Sequence record: DRR723986_7955
Length of the DNA stretch: 64,000 bases
Reading direction: 5' to 3' (one strand)
The position numbers and the translations under genes were made by a program. The notes beneath the pieces are model-generated. The model had not been told where the DNA came from. It saw nothing but the letters and a program-made list of their open reading frames with translations, and ran no database searches. This document shows positions 47,861 through 57,445 of the stretch, one piece after another. How positions within the stretch are numbered: position 1 is the stretch's first letter; every line of letters begins with the position of its first letter.

Positions 47861-48551
47861 AGTTTTATCTGATAGCAACAATTTGCAGATCCTCTACGAA
47901 GACAATCACATTCTTGTGGTAAATAAACGTGCTGGTGATATTGTGCAAGGTGATAAAACTGGTGATAAACCACTAAGCGATATAGTTAAGGACTACATAA
48001 AGGAAAAATACAATAAGCCAGGTAATGTATATTTAGGTGTTGTACATCGATTAGATAGACCAACAACCGGAATTGTTTTATTCTCTAAAACCAGTAAAGC
48101 TCTGCCAAGATTAAACAAACTGTTTGCAGATAAAAATGCAAAAAAAACCTATTGGGCTCTAGTTAAAAATAAACCTCCAAAAGAAAAAGATAAACTTATT
48201 CATTGGCTTAAAAAAAATCCTAAAAACAATAAATCTACAGCATATTACAAAGAAATCTCTAGTAGTAAAAAGGCCATATTGCATTATAAAATTTTACAAA
48301 AATTGGATAATTACTATTTACTAGAAATTGATTTAGAAACCGGAAGACACCATCAAATACGTGTACAATTAGCATCAATTGGGTGCCCAATTAAAGGAGA
48401 TTTAAAATATGGGTTTGATCGTAGTAATAAAGATGCAAGTATTAGTCTACATGCAAGATTTTTAGAATTTGTACATCCTGTTAAAAAAGAACCTATTAAA
48501 ATAATTGCACCACTACCAAAAGATAAATTGTGGGATGCATGTAAGCCTTAA
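47853..48551 (+). CDS. RluA-family pseudouridine synthase
   Basis: LYEDNH, VHRLDRPTTG, TGRHHQIRVQL, PIKGDLKYG, LHA. Confidence 0.92.
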   Translation: MSKVLSDSNNLQILYEDNHILVVNKRAGDIVQGDKTGDKPLSDIVKDYIKEKYNKPGNVYLGVVHRLDRPTTGIVLFSKTSKALPRLNKLFADKNAKKTYWALVKNKPPKEKDKLIHWLKKNPKNNKSTAYYKEISSSKKAILHYKILQKLDNYYLLEIDLETGRHHQIRVQLASIGCPIKGDLKYGFDRSNKDASISLHARFLEFVHPVKKEPIKIIAPLPKDKLWDACKP

Positions 48552-49372
48552 TTTATTTTAAAGGGATAAGTAATATTTAGGCTTGTTCCATTAACATTAT
48601 TTGATTGCAAACCAAATTTTGCACTAATTAATTCAGCTCGTTTTTCCATATTCACTAAACCAGAACCTTTGGCTATGGCATCAACATCAAATCCCTTACC
48701 ATTATCATTTACAGTAACTTCAAGTGCATTTTCTCTGTAATCAAGAACAACATTTAATGTTTCTGCCTCCGCATATTTTAGAGTGTTTGAAAAGAATTCT
48801 TGTAAAATCCTAAATAAGATTATTTCGTCTTTTTTATTTTCAAAATGTGCCTTTTCTCCTTTGATTTTTAAATCAGTATTAATTAATCCTGATTTTTCTA
48901 ATCGCTCGAGTTCATTTTTTACTGTGGTATCAAATCCTAAATTAAAAATCACATCACTATTTAAAGACTTAGAAAGTGCCCTCACTTCAGTTAGTGAAAC
49001 TTTAAGAGCTTCAGATGCACTATCAACTTTAGATTTGACATCGTCATTCACAACTTTTGCCGCAGCATTAAGTTGCATAGTAGCAACTGCTAATAATTGA
49101 CCTACATTATCATGAAGCTCGCGTCCAACATGTTTTAAAGTTTCTTCTTGTATTTCTTGTTGGGTCTTAACTAGCTCTTCGTCAAATTTTTGTTGTTGTT
49201 CAATTTTATCAATTAAAAGTTGATTTTTACGCTTTTGAAATACGCTAAAAAATATTACAAATACTATAACGATAGTCAATAAGAAAAAGATGACATAAGA
49301 AATTAGAGCAATTTCTTCTTGGCTTAAATTTTTTTGTAGCGAATTGTATAGAGAAAACCAAATGTATAGCAT
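48548..49372 (-). CDS. HisKA_3 (NarX/DesK-type) sensor histidine kinase with a single TM and no sensor domain
   Basis: GRELHDNVGQ, FRILQEFFSNTLKYA, DNGKGF, GSGLVNMEKRA. Confidence 0.9.
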   Translation of the reverse strand: MLYIWFSLYNSLQKNLSQEEIALISYVIFFLLTIVIVFVIFFSVFQKRKNQLLIDKIEQQQKFDEELVKTQQEIQEETLKHVGRELHDNVGQLLAVATMQLNAAAKVVNDDVKSKVDSASEALKVSLTEVRALSKSLNSDVIFNLGFDTTVKNELERLEKSGLINTDLKIKGEKAHFENKKDEIILFRILQEFFSNTLKYAEAETLNVVLDYRENALEVTVNDNGKGFDVDAIAKGSGLVNMEKRAELISAKFGLQSNNVNGTSLNITYPFKIN

Positions 49373-50019
49373 AAGTATAAAAATATATTAGCAATTAGAA
49401 GATAAAAGCTTCTAAACTCAAGGAAGTTTGTATTAACCTCATTAAAATACGTATTAAAAATAAACAACGGCGTTACACATAAATACCACAACAATAGCCC
49501 AGAACTTAAATAAAAATAGGGAGATTTATAAAAAACCAAAATCTTTTCACTTCTCAACAATTGCTTAAAATGTAGCATCACATATAAGAAAACAATTAGC
49601 GTCTCTAATAAAAAATTATAAGGTAATGATTTTATAAAGAATCCTCTGGTAAAGCCAAAATAGAATAATGAGAAAATTATATAAATAATGACTGAAAATT
49701 TAATAACCCTTTTGTCAAATTTATTGTCAATAAGCCTATAATAGAACAATCCAAATAAGAAAATATATACTAAACTAAATATATTATAAAGCCATGTATT
49801 GCTGCAAAATGAGCTATTTTTTATCCAGATAAATAGCTCATTATCATAATTATATTGCAGTATATAACCATACATGCCAACCGTTTCAACAAAAACCATT
49901 ATCCATAAATACCATACAAATGGTTTTATCTTGACGTCTTTTGTTTTCAAAAAGTAGTAAGAGCCTGCTAATGCCGAAATCAGCTCTAATATATGGTATA
50001 AAAATACATTAAAACTCAT
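49324..50019 (-). CDS. Multi-pass (about 6-7 TM) membrane protein, probable separate sensor subunit of the kinase
   Basis: Hydrophobic Tyr/Phe-rich segments; ETVGMY, NTWLYNIF, FYLSSGLLLWYL; overlaps the kinase start by 49 nt. Confidence 0.75.
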   Translation of the reverse strand: MSFNVFLYHILELISALAGSYYFLKTKDVKIKPFVWYLWIMVFVETVGMYGYILQYNYDNELFIWIKNSSFCSNTWLYNIFSLVYIFLFGLFYYRLIDNKFDKRVIKFSVIIYIIFSLFYFGFTRGFFIKSLPYNFLLETLIVFLYVMLHFKQLLRSEKILVFYKSPYFYLSSGLLLWYLCVTPLFIFNTYFNEVNTNFLEFRSFYLLIANIFLYLCYTFGFLYTIRYKKI

Positions 50020-50044
50020 TCAATTTTCTCATATATCACCATCC

Positions 50045-50554
50045 CTATTGCGGATAATTAGCACCTGGCGGCATTCCGTTTTCTCCATGATTTAAACCAT
50101 TAGTACCTGGTATATCATTACTACCTTGCGGTAAAGTAAACATGCTACCTTGTGCAACACTCTCTGAGCCTGTTGGGATGAAAAACATGGTTGTTAAACC
50201 AGTTTCTCCCTTAGATTCCGGATACGATCCTAAATACACACGTAATCCATCCATTGTGTAGCCTAGTTCTCCTGCTTGATTTTCGGCATAATTGATATAA
50301 TTCTGAATATCATCTAAAGACCACCAAGAAGATCTGTTATCACCAATTCCTCCTTTTTTGAATAGTGAATCATTAATAATTTCATGCTTTAAATTGTAGG
50401 CCTGATCTAAAGCTCTAGCTTCTTTTGGAGTAATGAGCCCGTTAGGCTTATTAATTTCGGCTTCTACAACCATTTCTACGTCTCTACAGCAGTAAAAATA
50501 CATTGCTAATGCGCCAATAATAATACCAAGAATAAGTAATCCGAAATTTTTCAT
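50045..50554 (-). CDS. N-terminally anchored hypothetical protein with C-terminal NHGxxGxPP motif
   Basis: TM/signal MKNFGLLILGIIIGALAMYFYCC; ITPKEA, WWSLDDIQNYI, GLRVYLGSYP, TTMFFIPT, LNHGENGMPPGANYPQ*. Confidence 0.78.
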   Translation of the reverse strand: MKNFGLLILGIIIGALAMYFYCCRDVEMVVEAEINKPNGLITPKEARALDQAYNLKHEIINDSLFKKGGIGDNRSSWWSLDDIQNYINYAENQAGELGYTMDGLRVYLGSYPESKGETGLTTMFFIPTGSESVAQGSMFTLPQGSNDIPGTNGLNHGENGMPPGANYPQ

Positions 50555-50641
50555 AATAGTCGTAAGAATAAATTAATAGTTGCCCTAAATTATTGAATTT
50601 AGACAACATAAAAAATTTTTGTTATAATTTTTCTTACAACT

Positions 50642-51487
50642 TTAATCCTTTAGTCTGATTTTTATATGCTTTCCCGTAGATTTTTGACTCAAAATATTTA
50701 TTGCATTTTCTGTTAGTTGTAATACTCTAGGATAACCACCAGTAGTCTGAGCATCTCGCATTAAAACAATAAGTTTTCCTGACGGCGTTAACTGTATTGT
50801 TCCTGGCAGAACAGGTGAAGTAAGTATAGGCGAAAGATCATTTTCTATCTGTGACTCTAATTGATAGGCCATTCTACTATTTTGATTCGAAACTTTAAAC
50901 CCCTGATTCAATATTCTCTTAACAAGCTGTGCATTTAACATCTTAAATTCCGGTCCGCGATAACACTCTATTACGGTCTCATTTAAAGTCAACGGGTTAT
51001 ACTTAACACTAGCATTTGAAGCTATTGATTGTGTTTTTGAGTTATACTCAATTTTATCTCCTGCCTTGATTATTGATTGATCAGTCAAATTAGTATACAT
51101 ACTTCTACTATTAAAAACTTGCTGTGTTAAAAAACCGCTTTTAATAGCCAAATAACATCTAAAGCCCTGCATTAATCTCCCAAAAGACAGCACATCATCA
51201 GCTCGGATAGGTAAAATTGAATTCATTAATACTTTTTTACCGTTAACTTCTGGTTGAATGTCTGCACCAGAAATAGCAATACATGTTGGCTTTAAAAACT
51301 GCAAGGTTGGCCCTGTCATGGTTATTTCCATCGTAGCACAATCTAATGAATTACCTAAAAGTGCATTAGCAAACCGACTAGAGTATGCATCCATTGCACC
51401 TGATAATGGTACTCCGTACTTTGCGCAACCTAATCGACCATAATCTTGAATGGTCGAATAAAACCCAGACCTCATTACTTTAAGCAT
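50642..51487 (-). CDS. pxpC: 5-oxoprolinase subunit C
   Basis: STIQDYGR, GVPLSGAMD, SRMAYQL, PGTIQL, DAQTTGGYP; operon with pxpA/pxpB. Confidence 0.88.
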   Translation of the reverse strand: MLKVMRSGFYSTIQDYGRLGCAKYGVPLSGAMDAYSSRFANALLGNSLDCATMEITMTGPTLQFLKPTCIAISGADIQPEVNGKKVLMNSILPIRADDVLSFGRLMQGFRCYLAIKSGFLTQQVFNSRSMYTNLTDQSIIKAGDKIEYNSKTQSIASNASVKYNPLTLNETVIECYRGPEFKMLNAQLVKRILNQGFKVSNQNSRMAYQLESQIENDLSPILTSPVLPGTIQLTPSGKLIVLMRDAQTTGGYPRVLQLTENAINILSQKSTGKHIKIRLKD

Positions 51488-52211
51488 GTTGTTCTAAAAT
51501 TTTATAATTAAAACTTCCAGACATCACTTGCGCTCTAATATTAGTATGTTCTTTAGGGTCTATAGCAACAAATCGTATTGTATCTCCAGCATTTATAAAA
51601 CATGGTGGCGTAAAATGCACATTAAATAAATCAATTGGGCAATTTCCTATAATATGCCAACCACCAGGACTGTCTTGCGGATATATACCTGTTTGCTGAC
51701 CTCCTATTCCTACACTTCCTTTTTTAACATCTAATTTTGGTGACGCTTTTCTATCTAAAAATAATTTTTGATTTAATCCACCCAGATATAAGAAGCCTGG
51801 CAAAAATCCAATAAAAAAAACAGTATAATCAGCTTTTGTATGCAGATGTATAACTTCTAGTTTTGATAATTCTTTTTGTGATGCGAAAGCTTCTAAATCT
51901 GGTGCAAAATCATCATCATAACAAACTGGAATTTCATAAATTTTTGACACGAATTTTTCCTCGGAGGTTTTTGAAGTATAAATATCATTCAGTTGGTTAA
52001 AGATATTATTGTTTTTATTTAAATTTTCACTATAACTAATTAATATTGAGTTATATCCATTTATGACCTCAACAATAGATTCATTCCCTATTCGTTCAAT
52101 TTTTGATTTAAAAACAAGTATATCCTCTAAAATTTCCTTATCAATTAATGCAGGCCATTGAATTAATACAGTCTTATTTCCAAAGAATGAATAATTTAAA
52201 TTATAAGCCAT
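51480..52211 (-). CDS. pxpB: 5-oxoprolinase subunit B
   Basis: IPVCYD, FIGFLPGFLYLGGL, GSVGIGGQQTGIYP..SPGGWHIIG; ATG at 52211. Confidence 0.88.
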   Translation of the reverse strand: MAYNLNYSFFGNKTVLIQWPALIDKEILEDILVFKSKIERIGNESIVEVINGYNSILISYSENLNKNNNIFNQLNDIYTSKTSEEKFVSKIYEIPVCYDDDFAPDLEAFASQKELSKLEVIHLHTKADYTVFFIGFLPGFLYLGGLNQKLFLDRKASPKLDVKKGSVGIGGQQTGIYPQDSPGGWHIIGNCPIDLFNVHFTPPCFINAGDTIRFVAIDPKEHTNIRAQVMSGSFNYKILEQHA

Positions 52212-52212
52212 A

Positions 52213-52956
52213 TTATTGAATGAAAATGCTTTGTTTAGGAAGTTCATTATTTAAGTGAGAAACAATTTCAATGGCATTTTTTGTATCACCATGTATGCAG
52301 AACGTTGATGCTTCAATTGGTACAATTTGATCTTGAATGGTTTTTACACAATGATGCCTAACCATCATTATTAAATGATTCAAAACTTCATCCTTACTTT
52401 CTATTATTGCATGCTTCTCGTTTCTTGAAACCAATGAAAGATCAGTGTTATAGTTTCTATCTGCAAAAGCTTCATACATTATCTTAACACCTTCCTTTTT
52501 CGCTAATTCTGCTATAGTAGATTTATATGGCACATACAATTGAACAGGTAATGCTATACTTTTAACAACTTCAATGATAACTTTAGCAGTTCTATCATCT
52601 TTAGCTGCCAAGTTATATAATGCACCATGTGGTTTTATCTGATGCAGCATTACATTTTCTTCTCGCAAAACAGCTTGAAAAACATTGATTTGTCTTTTAA
52701 GACTCGTATATAAATCAGCCGCAGACATATCTAAAACTACTCTACCAAAATTAGACTTATCTGGAAAGGATGGATGTGCGCCAACTTTAACATTATACTT
52801 TTTAGCTAGTTTAACAACCGTAGTCATAGTCTCTAAATTGCCTGCATGACCACCACATGCTATACTACAAGACGATAAAAATGGCATTAGTTGATCCTCA
52901 TTACCTAACCCTTCACCTACATCAGCATTAATATCAATATATAAGGACTCTGACAT
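52213..52956 (-). CDS. pxpA: 5-oxoprolinase subunit A (LamB/YcsF)
   Basis: DINADVGEG, IACGGHAG, GAHPSFPD, KPHGALYN, EAFADRNY, CIHGD. Confidence 0.9.
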   Translation of the reverse strand: MSESLYIDINADVGEGLGNEDQLMPFLSSCSIACGGHAGNLETMTTVVKLAKKYNVKVGAHPSFPDKSNFGRVVLDMSAADLYTSLKRQINVFQAVLREENVMLHQIKPHGALYNLAAKDDRTAKVIIEVVKSIALPVQLYVPYKSTIAELAKKEGVKIMYEAFADRNYNTDLSLVSRNEKHAIIESKDEVLNHLIMMVRHHCVKTIQDQIVPIEASTFCIHGDTKNAIEIVSHLNNELPKQSIFIQ

Positions 52957-54183
52957 TTAAATTATTTTAAATACACTTAATATTCCTTTTACACCTAAAA
53001 AAATTGTTATAACTAAGATAATTACTCCAAACATATTCTGAAGTTTAGAATTCTTATAAGCTCCTAAAACCGATGCTTTATTTACTATCCAGAGCAAAAA
53101 GCCTGCGATAATAGGCAATAACAAACCATTAGCAACTTGGGCAAATTTTATAATTTCGATAGACTTAAATCCAATTGATGAGAATATTACACCTAATCCA
53201 AGTATAAAAATCCAAACCGCTCTAAACCGTTTCGATTTTAAATTAGTATCCCAACCCAAACAACCTGTTGCTACAAAAGCTGCCGCTAAAGGAGCTGTTA
53301 TCGTACTTGTAATTCCTGCAGCAAACAGCCCAATAGATAAGAAATATTTAGCATTTACACCAAATAAAGGCTCCAGTCCTTTTGCCAAATCAGAGGCGTT
53401 AGAAATGTTCTGAGACGGAATTGCGGAAGCCGAAATAATAATGCAGATAGATACCAAACCACCCAAAATCACAGCAATTACAGTGTCTTTGCGCGCAAAA
53501 TGTAAGTCACTTTTATCTTTCCATTTTGTTTTTGCCAAAGAGGCATGTAAAAACAGATTATAAGGCACAACGGTTGTACCAACCAAACCTATGATCGTTA
53601 GAATGCTATTATCTGGAAATTGAGGGACGAACATACTTTTTGCCACTTCCAATAAATTAGGTTTTGTAATAATAGCTGTTGTCAGAAATGCCAAACTCAT
53701 GAGAATTACCAATGATACCAACGACTTTTCGAGCAATTTGTAATTTCCTATATATAGCAGGATAAAGGCAACAACGCCAATGATTATCGGAATAATTGCA
53801 AAACTTGAGTTTCCAATACTTATTTCAGGATTACCAAAAAGCGTTTGTACACCTAATGCACCACCGCTTATATTTCCTGCTTCGTAAGCTGCATTTCCAA
53901 TTACAATCGCAGATAGAATTAACGTAATGGCAAAGCCTCGTGCGACTGGATGCTTTAATTCTTGTCTAATAACTTCGGACAACCCTTTTTGAGATACAAT
54001 CCCAAGTCGAGCCGCCATCTCTTGTAAAACAATAGTTGCAACAATAGATAACACCATTGCCCATAACAAGGCAAATCCAAAATTAACACCAGCCAATGTG
54101 CATAATGTCACTGTACCTGGGCCAATAAATGCAGCTGCTACCAAAGGACCTGGACCAATATTTTTAAAGAATTTTTTAATCAT
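52957..54183 (-). CDS. Nramp-like transporter (YcsG-like)
   Basis: AAFIGPG.VT, GNAAYEAGN, GTTVVPYN, AAGITS; about 11 TM; co-transcribed with pxpABC. Confidence 0.8.
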   Translation of the reverse strand: MIKKFFKNIGPGPLVAAAFIGPGTVTLCTLAGVNFGFALLWAMVLSIVATIVLQEMAARLGIVSQKGLSEVIRQELKHPVARGFAITLILSAIVIGNAAYEAGNISGGALGVQTLFGNPEISIGNSSFAIIPIIIGVVAFILLYIGNYKLLEKSLVSLVILMSLAFLTTAIITKPNLLEVAKSMFVPQFPDNSILTIIGLVGTTVVPYNLFLHASLAKTKWKDKSDLHFARKDTVIAVILGGLVSICIIISASAIPSQNISNASDLAKGLEPLFGVNAKYFLSIGLFAAGITSTITAPLAAAFVATGCLGWDTNLKSKRFRAVWIFILGLGVIFSSIGFKSIEIIKFAQVANGLLLPIIAGFLLWIVNKASVLGAYKNSKLQNMFGVIILVITIFLGVKGILSVFKII

Positions 54184-55292
54184 TCTTCAATTGAATTAAG
54201 TGCATAAATAGCAAAGCTACCCAACCAATGACCACCTTCATAGCTATCACCTACAATACTCGGTAAAGAGTAATTGATATGCTGATTGGCAATATTTTTA
54301 AGATGATTATATTCTGGTAAATCCTTAGCGATATAGTTAAGACTCCATGCTCTCGAGAAGTTAACACCATCGAGATGCACTAACTTGCCGTCTGTACGGT
54401 CTGAGACTTTACCTGTATCCATTGTAAAGAATTTATCTTTTAATTGTGGCATAAAGTCATTAATCCAGAATTTAAACTCATCTGGTGATAAAACACGCTT
54501 CATTAAAGCCGCTTCTTCTAAACACGGAGACAGAAAGTCAAAACCGCTTGGTTCCCATGTTAATGGACAACCTTTATCATCCATGTAAAAATCCTTAGCG
54601 CGTTTTTCGATAAGAGCTTTTAATTCAGAATGACCAACAGTCACTGCATAATCGTAGGCAAAACTCAATCCGAATGCTGTATTTGGATGCTCGCCTACTC
54701 GTATTGGATAATTGAGCTTTGGTAAGAATTCTAAATATTTACCAACGATTAAATCCGTTAAAGGCTGCAAATTGATCTCTGCTTTTCTCGCAACAATAAG
54801 GTCCCATTGGTGTAATTCTTCAGCTAATTTTAATAGCCAAGCCCAACCATATGTACGTTCATATGATTTATTGTGTTTGCCCTGAAAATATTCAACTTCC
54901 TTTTCTATATTTTCTTTTGAAATGCTTTGTAAAAGCCAATTTTGCATGTCTACGCGTTTTTCTAAGTCTGGAAACTGACGTAATAAACTCACCATGCTCC
55001 AATGCCCATGTACGGCAGAATGCCAATCAAAACAGCCATAAAATGTAGGATGCAGTGCTTTTGGCGATTGTAAATCGCAATCACTACCAATGGTCTGGTT
55101 AAGTTTGTTAGGATATTCTGTACCAACACAATTTAATGGTAATTCTGCTAAGCGATTGGCTTGTTCTAAGTTTAATGTTGGCGCTTCAACTATTTCAATT
55201 GAAACTGTTTCTGAAGATGTGCTTTTTTGTTCTACTGAAGTATTACAACTGAATAAGACTAAGAATAAGGCAAAACCGAAATGGAATTTCAT
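54180..55292 (-). CDS. DUF2891 family lipoprotein
   Basis: LFSC lipobox; EYPNK, HPTFYGCFDWHSAVHGHW, YERTYGWAW, G.HPNTAF, HLDGVNFSRAW, YEGGHWL. Confidence 0.82.
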   Translation of the reverse strand: MKFHFGFALFLVLFSCNTSVEQKSTSSETVSIEIVEAPTLNLEQANRLAELPLNCVGTEYPNKLNQTIGSDCDLQSPKALHPTFYGCFDWHSAVHGHWSMVSLLRQFPDLEKRVDMQNWLLQSISKENIEKEVEYFQGKHNKSYERTYGWAWLLKLAEELHQWDLIVARKAEINLQPLTDLIVGKYLEFLPKLNYPIRVGEHPNTAFGLSFAYDYAVTVGHSELKALIEKRAKDFYMDDKGCPLTWEPSGFDFLSPCLEEAALMKRVLSPDEFKFWINDFMPQLKDKFFTMDTGKVSDRTDGKLVHLDGVNFSRAWSLNYIAKDLPEYNHLKNIANQHINYSLPSIVGDSYEGGHWLGSFAIYALNSIEE

Positions 55293-55386
55293 AAAAGTGA
55301 GTTTACATGTCTAGTAAAAATACAATATTTGAATTTCTCATTGCTAAAAAGATTCAATTAGCAATTAACTTACGTACACTCTAACA

Positions 55387-56925
55387 TTAACCCAACCAAC
55401 CTTCTCTATCCAGGCTTCTATACTGAATGGCTTCACTGATATGATTTCCTAGTACATTTTCAGAGTTTTCTAAATCAGCAATAGTTCTAGCGACTTTAAG
55501 TATGCGATCATAAGCTCTGGCGGATAGATTTAATCGTTCCATGGCAGATTTAAGTAATTGTAATGAGGCATCGTCTAACTTACAATGTTCTCGTATCTGT
55601 TTTGTGTTCATCTGCGCATTGTAATGAACATTTTCTAGTTCCTTAAATCGACTGGTTTGAATTTCTCTAGCAGCAGTTACACGTTTTCTTATATCAACTG
55701 AGGATTCTCCTTTTCTGTCATCTGAAAGTTTTTCAAATGGGACTGGTGTCACTTCGATATGAATATCAATTCGATCTAGCAATGGTCCAGAAATTTTACT
55801 CAAATAACGCTGCATCTCTGCAGGACTTGACGTAACTGGTGCATCAGGATCATTAAAATAACCACCTGGACTTGGATTCATACTTGCCACCAACATAAAT
55901 GATGAAGGATAGGTTACTGTAAACTTAGCGCGTGATATGGTCACCTCTCTATCTTCCAAAGGTTGACGCATTACTTCCAAAACCTCGCGCTTAAACTCAG
56001 GTAATTCATCTAAAAACAATACACCATTATGTGACAAAGAAATTTCACCTGGTTGCGGATAACTTCCACCACCTACAAGTGCTACATTTGAAATCGTGTG
56101 ATGTGGACTTCTAAAAGGACGTTGTGCCATAAGCCCAGCATGTGCTTGTACTCTTCCAACTACAGAATGTATTTTAGTCGTTTCTAGAGCTTCATGCAAA
56201 GTCATTGGAGGTAATATACTTGGTAGTCGCTTGGCAAGCATAGTTTTACCAGAACCTGGTGGGCCAATTAAAATAATATTATGTCCACCTGCTGCAGCAA
56301 TTTCCATGCAGCGTTTTATGCTCTCTTGACCTTTAACATCTGCAAAATCAAACTCTGGAAAATCGAGGTTTTTATAAAATTCTTCTCTGGTATTAATTTT
56401 AACTTCATCTATAAGTTCACCTTTATCAAAATGATTTATTACTTGTGTAATATTATCAACGCCATACACCTTTAAGTCATTGACAATTGCCGCTTCCTTA
56501 GCATTCTGCATTGGAAGAATAAATCCTTTAAACCCTTCTTCTCTAGCTTTAACAGCGATAGGAAGAGCACCCTTAATTGGCTGGAGACTCCCGTCTAAAG
56601 ACAATTCGCCCATGATGAGATAATCTTCTAAATTTTCGGCCTGTATTTGATTTGAGGCAGCGAGTATTCCTACTGCCAAGGTAAGATCGTATGCAGACCC
56701 TTCCTTTCGGAGGTCTGCTGGCGCCATATTTATAGTTATTTTTTTACCAGGAATACGGTATCCATTGTTTTGAAGTGCTGCAGCAATCCTATAATTACTT
56801 TCTTTTATTGCATTATCTGGCAAACCAACTAAATGATAACCAATACCTATATCTACATTTACTTCAACAGTTACAGTCGAAGCTTCTACACCAAAAACGG
56901 CACTGGAAAATACTTTCTTTAGCAT
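55387..56925 (-). CDS. comM: YifB/ComM-family Mg-chelatase-like AAA+ ATPase
   Basis: [54 protein letters not shown]. Confidence 0.85.
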   Translation of the reverse strand: MLKKVFSSAVFGVEASTVTVEVNVDIGIGYHLVGLPDNAIKESNYRIAAALQNNGYRIPGKKITINMAPADLRKEGSAYDLTLAVGILAASNQIQAENLEDYLIMGELSLDGSLQPIKGALPIAVKAREEGFKGFILPMQNAKEAAIVNDLKVYGVDNITQVINHFDKGELIDEVKINTREEFYKNLDFPEFDFADVKGQESIKRCMEIAAAGGHNIILIGPPGSGKTMLAKRLPSILPPMTLHEALETTKIHSVVGRVQAHAGLMAQRPFRSPHHTISNVALVGGGSYPQPGEISLSHNGVLFLDELPEFKREVLEVMRQPLEDREVTISRAKFTVTYPSSFMLVASMNPSPGGYFNDPDAPVTSSPAEMQRYLSKISGPLLDRIDIHIEVTPVPFEKLSDDRKGESSVDIRKRVTAAREIQTSRFKELENVHYNAQMNTKQIREHCKLDDASLQLLKSAMERLNLSARAYDRILKVARTIADLENSENVLGNHISEAIQYRSLDREGWLG

Positions 56926-57146
56926 ATATTTTTATTTAATGGTATTAGTTAGAATGGTAATTATTGTGAGGTATAACCTATGTTTTTCAAAAGAACAGAA
57001 AAAACTTAAAGAATCAAAATGAATAGCAAATACAGTTATAATTAGCCTTCTAACTTATTGAAAAGATGCATTTCGTCGAATAATTGATGCATTTTATAGA
57101 TGTTTTAACATTTTATGCTATGTTTGTTGTCCCAAATTTAATTAAA

Positions 57147-57410
57147 ATGAAAAACCTACTACGATCAACAGTAATACTGGTAGCAACATCTTTGATGTTA
57201 CTTTTTAGCTGTACAGCCGAAGAAGAAGCGATACCTTGCGCCTGTGAAGAAGTCTTCTACATGGAGCAAAAATATCAGGCTGAACCTAACGACACATGGA
57301 TGCTCGAGAGAATTGAAACGAGTCGTGTAGCAGTTCCTTGCCAAGACGAAACAGATTTTGTTAGAACCGGCAATGGTACTGAATGTAGCCGTATAGAATG
57401 TGATGATTAA
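57147..57410 (+). CDS. Small Cys-rich lipoprotein, hypothetical
   Basis: ATG 57147; LLFSC lipobox; 66-aa acidic mature part with 5 further Cys; followed by a terminator. Confidence 0.65.
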   Translation: MKNLLRSTVILVATSLMLLFSCTAEEEAIPCACEEVFYMEQKYQAEPNDTWMLERIETSRVAVPCQDETDFVRTGNGTECSRIECDD

Positions 57411-57413
57411 ATT

Positions 57414-57444
57414 AAAAAGCCTTTCTAAATTAGAAAGGCTTTTT
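57414..57444. terminator. Bidirectional intrinsic terminator
   Basis: AAAAAGCCTTTCTA-AAT-TAGAAAGGCTTTTT. Confidence 0.82.
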
Positions 57445-57445
57445 T

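Noticed and set aside
55387-56925. comM as an integration hotspot for mobile elements
   Set aside because: The gene is intact, with no integrase, att-like duplication or foreign block nearby.
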